64,000 nucleotides of DNA, taken from Takakia lepidozioides (Eukaryota > Plantae > Bryophyta). Numbering within the stretch: the stretch's first letter is position 1; each line of letters begins with the position of its first letter. The position numbers and the translations under genes were made by a program. The notes beneath the pieces were generated by a model that made no database searches, was not told where the DNA came from, and saw only the letters and a list, made by a program, of their open reading frames with translations. Below are positions 36,301-48,300 of this stretch, piece after piece. The stretch spans positions 29,264,001-29,328,000 of the forward strand of contig CM060733.1 of the NCBI GenBank assembly GCA_030704615.1, in the 5' to 3' direction.

Positions 36301-39300
36301 AAATTTACGTCAGTGTGAATACTTCATTGAATGCACAACCATCAGTTACAAGTGAGGCATTCTGTGAGTGTCCAGAAGCATTTGGGAGCCCTCTAGACAA
36401 TAATATTCATTAGCTCGTCTCTTTTGGTTCTTCTTAACCATTGGGCTGGATGTGAAGGTCAGTTGTGCAGTTATCAAGGTCGTTTAACAATTGGTATGTT
36501 GGCAGATGCTTTTTCTAGGAGAAGACAAAGGGTATGATGTACACAGAGGTCTGGCAGCTACTTCAATTTGTGAGTTTGAGACAGCCATTTCAAGAGTAGC
36601 ATATGGCTTTGAGACTCTGGATGATTTCTATGCAAGTGCAAGTAGTGGAAGCATCATGGGGAGAGTGCAAGTCCCTGTGCTTTGTATCCAGGTAAGCCTC
36701 ATGCAAAACCTAGATTCTCTTCATTGTTTTGTCGCTCTTCAGATACGACATCTAGTAGCACATGATCTTACAAGAGCAAGCTGGATGGACTCCAGCATGT
36801 AGTAGTTATTCATGCTCCTTCAATATGGATCGGAGGATTCTAAGGGTGTCTAAACATGAATCTCACCTTCTTTACCTTGCCAGGTATGGATTCACCTTAT
36901 TTCCCTTAACCTTGCTCATGGCTGATTTGATCAAGTTGATTGATTGTGCAAAGAGGTACTTTGACCTGTGGAGGCTAGAAGCCAATGTTGGTAAATGTGC
37001 GGTGGTGGCCTTCAATGCTCCTGGGGAGGGAGGAGGGGATCTCAAATGGACATGGGTCAGTGAAGAGATCCCTGTGCTCCCTTCCTACACACTTTGTGTC
37101 ATGTTTCCCTTTACTTGTAACTGGGATACGCATATACAAAAAGTGGTTCAAACAGCTAAACTCAAGCTTTGGGTATCACTCAAGTTTTCCACTGCAGAGG
37201 GATGAATACTGAAGCAAAAAGGACCATGCTTTGCAACATCATTAGGACTATGTCGGAGTACGCATCTTTTGTGTGGATTGGCAAACTTTCTCCGCCAGGA
37301 CTTAGTCTGTTTAACAGGACAGTCTTGCTTCCAAGAAATAGAGTCGATCATCTGGTATTATGGATCATCTGGTATCAGGCATGCGATTCAACTGATGCGC
37401 TTGAACTTGTTACGTCAAGAGCACAAGGGTGGTATGCAAAACTCACCCTGAACAGCCACATTAGCTGTTCTACAGCACGCTCACATGCTCCCTTTGAGCA
37501 CCGAAAGCTGAGTTTTAGGATTTTGAAGCACCTGAATATTAAGCAGGAAGAACTACCTGCTAGATGAAGCCGACTTGGAGTCTAAAATGTCTTAAGGCCA
37601 TGTTGGACGAAGAATGTCCAAAGAAAATGAAGGCGTAAAACTTCCCTGAACTTGTGTTTCCAGCTTGTTACCCGGGTGAGGACCTTAAGGATGATCTGAA
37701 GTGCCTAACTAGCCTCGGCACTAGATTGAAAATTAAACTCGGGGCGGGGAGTCTACCTTTGAACAATAAACAGATGTAGTGTGGAAAGGGAGATGCTTAA
37801 TGTGCGGGCGGCCTGAAGACAATATCCATGTCCTGATACAATGTCTGGGGTATTTTCATCAGAGAGCGACCCTCTTCAGGACCATCATGAACATAGTCCC
37901 TACACCTCTGTTCACCAACTTTCAAAATTCTCAAGGCTGAGGCCTACACCCTGGCCCTGTTGGGGTCTAATTGTTGGGCAGCTCACACACAGCAGTTTGG
38001 TGCTTGTGTGAAGCTCTTTCTAGAGGAAATCTGGAAAGCCCGAACCAATTGTTTATGACAAGGTTAAGTCCAGTGAGCCGCTCACAAAGGTAGTGTCTGT
38101 TCCCTCCTGTTCAGCCCAAACTGGGCATGGCTATGGCCACATGGCTATGGTGTCTCATGAGTGCATTCTCCACACACACCAACTTTGGATATGGTAAGGA
38201 TTTGAGGATATTTGGTTTTTGCTAATGGTAAAGAAGACGACAAGTTTGGATGACTCGGCTGTACCTTTGTAATCTTTGTATGAAAATGTGCCTCTGATAT
38301 TACATTTGCATTTGGAGGTCACTATCAGGAAAGAGCAGAGTAAAACACTAAGCCATGTCTAATATATGAATAATACTTCTGTCTTGACTAGGGGGAGGAT
38401 GACACCATGCCCATGGTCTCAATCCCACGCAAGACATTGGAGAAGAATCCATTCACCACTCTTCTTGTAGTTCCTCCAGGGAGTTTGCCCAGTGTGAAAG
38501 GTGGTGCAAGACAGCCAGGCAGTGCATCAGCACTTGACTGGAGTCACTCTGTTGCTTTGGAGGTGAGTGGCAGATACGTGCACTACCCAACCATGCTGTG
38601 GTTTCCAGCCAAAGGTTCCAGCAACCATGGACTGAAAATGTTAAGTCGAGATTGGACACTACAATGTGGTTAAAGTATGTGGTTATCTTCTGTGGATTGA
38701 CCCTAATATCAGGCATGTTCAGGAATATTCAGAGCTTGACAGGAAATCATTGTATGCACATGGAAGGCTAGCACGATCACATCTAGTCTTTAAATGTCAT
38801 TTGGGATTTTTGTAATGTCCAGCTAGTGGTTTTTCCTCTGTCCATGTGATCAAAGCTGTGGTAGGCAGAAATTGCGGTTTTACAGCGTCTTAATCTGAGC
38901 ATCCATAGAGAGTCAACATAGTTGTGGGTTTACAACTGGTGTACCTACAAAGGTATGGCTTGGGGCAAAGTCCTAGGTATGCTCTGCTGCATGAATGCTG
39001 CTTTTTCTGATCTCTGAATCATACCTGAAGTGTGCTTGAAGATTTGTGAATGCAGTGGCTTGCAGCAGTAGAAGTTGCACTGTTGAAGGGAAGACATCCT
39101 CTTTCGGACTCTATCAACATTTCTACCCAACACCCCAAGGACAGGTGGCTTGTGAGCGAGGCGCAGTTTCAGACAGACACTACACCTCCACAAGAGAAGG
39201 AAACAATATCAAACACTCACAACGCAAGTGCATCTCAAGTAAGAGGACAATCAAATCACTACAGCCCAATTCAAGGGGAAATCGGGGGAAGTATCTACAC

Positions 39301-42300
39301 TGTTACTAATTCCAAAGGGGAAGATGAGGTGGAAAGTTCTCCAGATGTGAGGGGTGCAGAAGCACATGACAGCTACAATGTGGTAAGGGACATGAAGAAA
39401 ATCTTTGTTCTAGGGAAGACTTTGCACACTATAGCCCAAGGTGAAGATGAGACTCCTCTTGTGTGTAAAGGTGGAGAGCAGTTGGAGAGGCCTATGACGC
39501 TTTCTCTTTGAAGGATGTTGGGGGCTTCCTAGGGGAGGATAAAAATTGCTTGGTGCTTGAAGGTGAGGGGAAAGTTGAGACTTTTCATATGGCAGGATGT
39601 CGCCGCAAAGGTCTTGTACCATACCCTATCTCTTCTGCGTCAAAATGTAAGTCTTTTGCAGAGGATGCAATGTCAGAAGATTGACAAACATCTCCAATCG
39701 ATACTCCAATTGTTGATAATACAGGAAGCAACGACTGGCAGGATGGAGGAGCCCTGTCTTTCCTTCGAAGGAGAAAGGGAGCCAGCAGAAGGTACTGAGG
39801 CATTGCAAATACGTGCTGCAACCGAAAGTGTAATGAAGGTGTTGGATGTGACCATGCCCGGCACTTTGTCTGATGAACAGAAAAAGCAGGTTGATGTCTA
39901 CTGGTCCCTACCCCTTCGGTCCGCAACATCTCATTCTCTCCCTTTGCTGAATATGTGCTCAAGCAGTACGTAAAGCAGGGAGTTTCTAGGTTTAGCTCCA
40001 AGTCAAACTTCAAGTTACATGCTTCAGTGAAGGTCAGAATGCTAAAGCTCTTTAAAGCTTGTCCAATGAATGATAGTAGCCAGTGTAATGGTCGAGCCAT
40101 ACCCGCCGCCTTGTAGTTTGTGTCAGGAGGGGATGGCTGAGTGAAAGGCGTTGTTGTAGTGCCTTTCATCAAGTGTGAATGGGGAGGATGAATCTGGTTA
40201 GGATCATGCAAGTGAACATGAACTTCAAGTTTAGACAAACATTGCACTTCCAGAGTCTGTAGTGTATTTAAACAACCAACACAGGCACTCCCCTCTCAGA
40301 CCAGCACTTTAATGAATGTGGGTTTGCAGGTCCTGGATGCTGTGGGAAAAGGTGAGACAATTGTAACAGCGTTGCAAGAAGCTGTGCCTGAGGAGGTGAG
40401 AGATAGCATGTCTGCTGCAGTTTCAGGGGCTGTGCAGGCGAAGGGCATCAGTTTTAGCCTTGTTGGATTCGGGAAAGGTTTGCCACCTCCCAGCCTTCCA
40501 GCCGGGCTGACCAGGAAAATTAAAGAGCAGCTGGCAGCTGTGGCTGGCAAGAAGGAGTCTGCCAGTACACCCAACCTAATCCCAGTTTCCCAGAATCAAA
40601 TCATGACCACTAACCATGTTGAAAAGGACAACAAGCCAAACCAGGTACCTTATGAATCTGACAAGGCCAGCATGGATGGTTTTGAAAGTAGTAAGGGTGT
40701 TGCTCCGGGACGGAGCACGAGTGAAAACCCAACTGTCGAGGAGATTGGAGCAGAGATGAAAAGCTCAGAGGGCATTCAGAACAGCGAGTCAAAATCTGAA
40801 GGGATGGCAGACAGGAGAGCTCTGTCAGGGTCAAACATGCCTCATACCAAACTGGATAAGCCTGTAGGTGAAGGTAACTACCATTTTACACCTTTGGATG
40901 TTTTTTGGAGAGAATGAATTTCTGGAGGGGGGGGAGCTTCTCAAATGGAGTACTCCCTCCATGTTGAATTTGGAGGCTGAAGAATCTGTTGACATGGGTG
41001 GCAGGTGTTAAAGGGGCGAGTTTGGAGGCCAAAAATGAGGTAGACAGCAAGCAGATGAAGCCTGATGCTGGAATGGATATAAATGCAAAGCATGCAAAAG
41101 ATGCGGACTCCATGCTTGAGGAAAACTCGATAACAGCTAGAGAAAAACTGATTGACAAGATTGAATTAACTGGGGAAGCGGAGCAGAGGGAAAAAGAGAA
41201 AAAGAATCTGAAAGTGGATCAAGATAGTGCAGGCAGCAAAAACAAGCTGAAGGAGAAAGAGGAAATTGTGGAAAACAAAGAAAAGGTTGAACCCAGAGAG
41301 AGAGAGAATATTGTCAACATGCAAGGAACAGGGGATGAGAAAAAATCTGAGTGTGAGCACCTCATTGAAAATGAAAACCATGCTGGAGAACAGAGGGACC
41401 AGGCTGACACATTTGAGATCAAGGACAATGTGCAGAAGGCAGGGTCAGAGATGAGAGCTGTGGCTGAGGCTCCTTCCGAGGAAAGACCTTCCCCAGCCCC
41501 TCTGCCTTCCAGCCCAGTGCTTGCACCGTCGCTTGACATGCGACTGGCTCTGGAAGCACTGACAGGTTTTGATGACTCGACACAAATCGCTGTTACTAAT
41601 GTCTTTGGTGTGGTAGAAAGCATGCTGGAGCAGCTAGAGAAGGAGCAGAATGTATCAGAGGTTAGTGAATCTGAAGTTCAGAAGGATGAAATCGATGATA
41701 TAGGAACTGAGAGTGGACAAAGACAGGATGTGGAGAGGATGAATAGTGGACCAGAAGTCATCAGCAAGATGTCAGACACTGCACAGTATAGGGAGGAAAT
41801 TACAGTAGTGAGTCCACAGAAGAAAGAAGATCAAAATACAGCAAAGAATGGACAGAAAAACACTGAGAAGACTCCGAACAGACATATCAAGAGTGGGAAT
41901 GGTGCACAGGAGGAGGTTGGAAAGAGGATACAGGTTGGGCAAGCAGCAGTTGGAGCGAGAATGGATGATGAACAGAAGGATGGGGCAATGTTAAAAGGCA
42001 GTGATGGAGGGTTGGAAGATACTCATGGCTACAATCCAGCTCCTGGGTTGTCTTTAGAGAAAAAGAGCTCCTTTCAAGGAGATGAGAACGGCAAACAGGA
42101 AAGTGAAGATGTAGTCAAAGCGCAGCAGACTCCTTCCAGACAGAGCAGCACCTTGGGGAAAGGATTGGTGCAAACACATGAGTTAAATGTTCTGCAGAAA
42201 CCTACAGAAGTCGAAAGAAGTTCTAGTTTACCTGGGGAAAATGTAACCATGACGTCTATGACCCTTGGTGATCAAAGCCTAAAGCAGAATGACTTACATG

Positions 42301-45300
42301 AGAAAGATAGTCTGGATACTGTTGATATGGTACTGTCAAGACCTGAAAGTGAGATTAGAAAAAGTGATCAATTATGGTCCTCTGCAAGGTTCAAAGGAGA
42401 TGGTGGCTTGCAAGATAGGCAACCAGATTTGCCTGTAGATGTATCTGAACAACAAGATGATGGCACACCGGCATCAGTAGACACATCGAAGATCACATTT
42501 GAAAGGTCATCAACGAAAGTTCATGAGAATCACCAAAAGCAAGAGGAGGTTCAAATAGATTCGATGGTCATGGCTCAGAGACATTCCTTAAATGTTGCAG
42601 ATGATGGAGAGCCAACTGTACCGAAGGTGGTACAGAGTGTGGTCATAGATGCTCTCAAGCTGGAGATGTTGCGCAGATTGGGAAATGCTGGGATTGAAGC
42701 CATAGGGGTTGATTTAGAACAAGAGCTTGCAAAAGTTGCGTATGCTGTGGCTGAAACAGCTCGCGTAGCAAAGAAGGGATTAAGCGAAAGGTTTTTTACC
42801 AAAGTACTAAGTCATTCTCACATTCTTGGTGGGCTAGTTCCTCTTGGAGTGCTTGTTGGTGTGGTGTTGGTTGCATTGGGAGCTGTTTATCTTATTGTGG
42901 CAGATGACCACTATCCGGAGAAGAGAGCAGAGAATAACACAAATGGCAGTCAAGAGAAGGGTGCCAATACTTCTGCAGTACAGGAGGAGGCTAAAGCATA
43001 TGCTCTGGACGTTTTCAATACAAGTGAAAAGAAAAATCCATCGGCCAAAAGTGCAGGTTTAGAAACTGAAGAGAAAGACAATGAGGTGACTGGAGGGTGG
43101 GAAAGTGATGGTAGTGTATTAGATTACAGCAGCCAAAGCAGTGAACCGCATTTTGTATCACATGACGAAGAAATAGATGAAGCAAATGAGATAAGGAGTG
43201 CTGCAGAGAGAGTAAGAAATAAGAAGAGCGGGGAGAAGAGAGAAGGGATTGAACTGCAGAATAACAGGTTGATGGGAGCTATGACAGCAGCCATAGGTGC
43301 CACAGCTGCATTGGCAAGCCTGGGCGGGGAGCACCTTAGTGCACCAATAGAAGGCCAGCCAGACCAGAGGTCCTGTGCTCAACATGATGAATGTGGTGGT
43401 GAGAAGGCAGGTGTAGATGGGGAAAAACCAAGCATTATCATGTCCTTTGGTCCCTTGGCTGAGAAGGCAATCTCAGTGGCAGCCCCAGTTGTACCCCACA
43501 AAGAGGATGGGGAAGTTGACCATGAAAGGTTTGCGCCTTTTGTACCTTCTCTTTTGACAGATATCCGCTCAAGCTGAGCGCGGGGTCAATGGCCACAAGG
43601 CTACAGCAAACAACGTCTTATGATTCTTTTGACAGATACGTGCATTGCAAGGGGTTGTCATTGTAACTTTTCAATTTTTAGTCAGTCTCAAAATATCATG
43701 ATTCATAGAATTCACTTCAGAAATTGCAGTTGTGAATTTGAGAATCACCAACACTAACGCAAATAATTGTGGAAAGCAGGCTGGTAGCAATGCTGGCAGA
43801 GCTGGGGCAGAGAGGAGGATTCTTTAGGTTGATCGGGAAAGTCGCACTACTTTGGGGTGGCTTGCGAGGTGCAATTAGCCTCACAGATCGCCTTCTTGTG
43901 TTTTTTCGCATGAAAGAGCGTGTGCTGCATCAGAGGTACTCCTTTTCTGACATTGACTTGTACCAGTTGACTTGGTAGGAAGATTTGACTGCCACAGCCA
44001 AGTACATGACTGTCAAGCTTAGTTGTCATTGCAAGGATATACAATAAGAATTGGACCGGAGTCCAGGTACCATTTATAGCTCATCTATTCATGCATTTCT
44101 GCTTGATTTGTCTTATCAAAGGTTGATATTACACCAAATAATTCACTGCTGTTACAGATTGGTCCTGAAGTCGATCTCAATTAAACTCAACAGGTAAACT
44201 TATCTTTGAGGGTTAAAGAAGTTTCCAGCCCAAGAACTTACTTGGTTGGTTGTTTTCTCCACTCAGGCTTGTTGGATTTGTGGGATTGACTCTCCTGCTA
44301 TGGGCTCCAGTTTTGGTGCCGCTGCTGCCTGCTTTATTGCAACAGTGGGCTTCCAAGGCTCCTAATGGAGTAGCTGATACTGCCTCCGTGGTGGGACTCT
44401 ATGGTGCCATTTTTATTTTGGTCACTATATGGGGGAAGCGAGTGCGTGGATTTGATCATCCCCTTGAACAGTATGGATTGCACCTTTACTCACTGAAAAA
44501 GGTATGTGTTTCTTGACATTTGTGACCGTCTGTATAGCAGGATGCCTGTGTTTGTTATGTAGCATTAAGTACAAGCAAGATGCAAATGGTCCTGCATGTC
44601 TCTCCCAAACATCTAGTTGTGTATCTATGTACAGGGAGGAAAGCACTGGTTTGTCATATATGTAAAGTCAATTCTTGCAAATGTTGGCTATGACATTACC
44701 TTGAGGTCCCTAGGAGATATCAACCGTTCCAGATCCAGTTCCCACCACAGTACCAGAATCCAGCCCACCAGGGCCATAGGGCTTATTGCACAGCACAAAT
44801 TCCTGGGAATAAGGATAATGTCCTCAGCAAGTCCAAAGTGCTAATCACACACTTGAGAATGTACTCATAAGTCTTTGTTTGCCGTAGCCTTGTGGCCATT
44901 GACCCCGCGCCCAGTTTGAGCAGAGCACAAAGGTACAGAACCTACCTCTGTCAGGGGCTGACGTCGGTAGTAAGACTTACCTTGATAAAGAACATTGATC
45001 CGGGTTTTCCAGATATCCTCTAGAAATCCCTTCACACAAGCATCAATCTGCTGTGTGTGGTTTGCCCAATAACTAGGCCCCAGAAGGGCCTGGGCTTTGG
45101 CTCAGCCTCGAGACTTGTGATTAGCCTCGAGGCTAATCACACACTGGAGAGATGAGAGCAGAGGAAGAAATATATCAACTCCATTAGAAACTTTCTTGCA
45201 AAACACACACGCACACGCACAAACACAATATATATGTACACATAAGGTTTTCTAGTTTTTATTGGCAAAGATTGTACTCATAAGACGTTGTTTGCCGTAG

Positions 45301-48300
45301 CCTTGTGGCCATTGACCCCGCGCCCAGTTTGAGCGGGAACAAAAGGGACAGAACCTACCTCTGTCAGGGGCTGACGTTGGTAGTAAGACTTACCTCCATA
45401 TAAAGAATTAATCCGGGTTTTCCAGATATCCTCTAGAAATCCCTTCACACAAGCATCAATCTGCTGTGTGTGATTTGCCCAAAAACTAGGCCTCAGGAGG
45501 GCCTGGGCTTTTGGCTCAGCCTCGAGACTTTCAAAGTTGGTAAACAGGGGTACAGGCACAATTCCCTTAATAGATTTGAAGAGATCGTCTCTTTGGTGAG
45601 AGAACCCCGGACAGTGTATCAGAAAATGAATACTGTCTTCAGATTGCCCACACAACGGGCAATTGCACTCTCCCTTTCCTCTCTGCTTCTGTTTGCTGTT
45701 CAAAGGTAGGCTTCCTGCCCTGAGTTTAAATTTCAGTCTAGTGCCGAGAGTGGGTAGACCCTTGAGGTCATCCAAGATGTCCTCCCCCATGTCACAGACT
45801 GGAAACAAGTCTGGTTTTATTGGCAAAGAAACTGGTTGAAACTTCTGTCTAACTTCTGTCTTATCTTATAGCCCATTGCATGCATACCTCATTTCTCTGG
45901 CAACAAGATGAAACCATTGTTAATCCTAGAGATGGTGGGGGAGCTCCTCAGCTGCAGGTATTAGTACATGGAGTAGCGATTGGGGGTGGGCTAGTTGCAG
46001 CTTTGTATGGCACAAATGCAGTGTTGGGCTATGTCCAATTCACATGGACAGCATTACTCGCCATTGATACACCGTTTCATGGTAAAGCATCATACTATGG
46101 ATGTACGTTTGATCAGCTTCAAGCATAGCGATCATGTCTGTTACATGCCTGATAAATCTGCACCTTCTAATGCGTATATTGGTGGCTGATAATGGCAAAG
46201 TGATCTGAGGCTAGCAACTTGAGATTTACCTCGCAGGTCAGTTGGACTGTAGAATAAGGAAATGACATGTGATGGAAGATTCAGTTTGTGTCATGATATA
46301 TCTATATTTAGAGTCAAAATTCCAATGAAAGCTTTCGTATTCTGGCATTTTGATTCAGGTACTGCAGCACTCGTCATTTTCACAGTGTTTAGAGTCATCA
46401 GACTTCTGGCGCAAGGTCTGGGGATGGGGCTGGCAGTTGCCCTGGTTGAGGAACTGTTGTTCAGGGCATGGATGCAGGAAGAGATTGCAGTAGATCTTGG
46501 ATTCCACAACGCGGCATTTCTCTCCGGTCTTGTCTTCTCTGTTATGCACCGGTTTGAATTCTTATCACTTGGTTGTCTATTGGAGCACTGAAAATGTTTT
46601 TTTGTGTACAATTGATTGCTTCCACCCCATTCTCAGAGGGCATTCTTGTAGACGATACATAGAGGTAAGCTTTATTAGGAAACCACGTCTCATGAGTACA
46701 TTCTCTCTCTCTTGGGTATTGTGAAATCATCTGCAAGTACACAGTATTTGGCTGAGACTGGCATTGAAGGGTGACATGAGGACTAAGGGCCTCTTTATGG
46801 GATGTGTCTACATGCCTACCGAGGGAACCCTTAGTGTTGATGCAGATAAAGCCTTCGAGGATGTCAAGCTGGATTTTACTAAGTTCCTTGCCAAAGGCCA
46901 CGGGGTCTTGTTAGAAGAACTTCAGCTTTTGACCTTGAACTGTTGGAAAACCACTGGCGTGTGGTCGGGCTAGGGATTGAACCTAGGACCTCCCCCATTC
47001 CGGTGGGGTGCTCTACCACTGAGCTACCCGTCCCGTTCTGTTCTCAGAGTGTCGTGCAAGGGCTATAGCCTTGACACCTCCAACACTCCCCCTCAAGGCA
47101 TAGCCCTTATAGTTGATGCCCACCCTTGACACCTCCAACACTCCCCCTCAAGGCATATAGCCCTTATAGTTGATGCCCACCCATTCTGACCACCGCCCCA
47201 ACCTTGGCTCTGTTACCATGTTGGAAAACCACTGGCGTGTGGTCGGGCTAGGGATTGAACCTAGGACCTCCCCCATTCCGGTGGGGTGCTCTACCACTGA
47301 GCTACCCGTCCCGTTCTGTTCTCAGAGTGCCGTGCAAGGGCTATAGCCTTGACACCTCCAACATGAACAATAGGTCAAAACAAAACCCTTTGAAGTGGAC
47401 TCGTGAAAACGCCCAAACTGGGGAACAGTCCATCGTGGATCATATCATAGTGGATAAGGATTTGTTTCCTCGGAGTGCCAAAGTGTTGGTTGATAGAACC
47501 AATATTGATACTTCTGACCACTTTCTTGTCTGGGTTGAGATGAAAAGGTGTATCCCCAACACCAAGAGATTTGTGAAACGTTCAATTCGAAAGTGGCGCA
47601 TAGAAAAATTCCAGAGTGAAGAGGACAGAATATGTCCAGGCCTTGAAAGAGGCTCTCCCACGCTTTATTATATCAGTCCAAGACCTTCCCTCTTGCTTAG
47701 CAAGAAGTGAAGTCGAAAGAGCTGTGGATTCTTGGGAGAGTTTCGTCAACCCTGCAGCTGACAAGACCATTGGAAGGAAACTAATTGTCTGCAATAGAGC
47801 TGGAAATTGGTGGACCAATGAGATCAAGCGCAAGATTGCTGAGGGACGGGGGAAAGGTTTGCAGTGACATTAACTCGAACCATCTCTTTAACCTTATTTG
47901 GAAGACTGAAGTGATTCCCTTTCATTGGAGAGAGGGTGTCATTGTCAACCTATATAAGAAAGGTGACAGAGGAGAGCCTGGGAACTATCGCGGCATTATG
48001 CTTCTTAACACAGTTGGCAAGCCATTTTGTAGGCTTATAAGTACTTGTCTCGAGGCTGATCTGGAGTCTAGAGGTGTTCTCCATGAAGGCCAGGCTGGCT
48101 TTCGGAGAAATAGGGGCTGCGTCAACCATATCTTCACACTAAGCCAGATTATTCAGGGAAGGACAAAAAAAGGAAGGCCCACTTTTGTCTTTTTCCTGGA
48201 TGTCAGAAAGGCTTATGACAGTGTGGAGAGAGGGGCTGTGGCTCCGTCTTTGGTCTCCTGGAGTCAGGGGAAAGATGTGGAGGATGGTTCATAACCTGTA

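Larger units (their letters stand above)
46941..47363 (-). mobile_element. TRIM (423 bp) with 145-bp LTRs that contain a tRNA-like sequence
   Basis: LTRs 46941-47085 and 47219-47363 (TG...CA, 1 mismatch); 5-bp TSD TGAAC; PBS TGGTAACAGAGCC (reverse complement 47206-47218); PPT TTGAGGGGGAG (reverse complement 47086-47096); no ORF. Confidence 0.95.

Noticed and set aside
40989-43577. Stand-alone 862-aa gene
   Set aside because: It is an internal exon with phase-compatible splice sites to its neighbours.
46962-47311. Two functional tRNA-Ser(GGA) genes
   Set aside because: Embedded in LTRs, short variable arm, and mismatched acceptor and anticodon stems.
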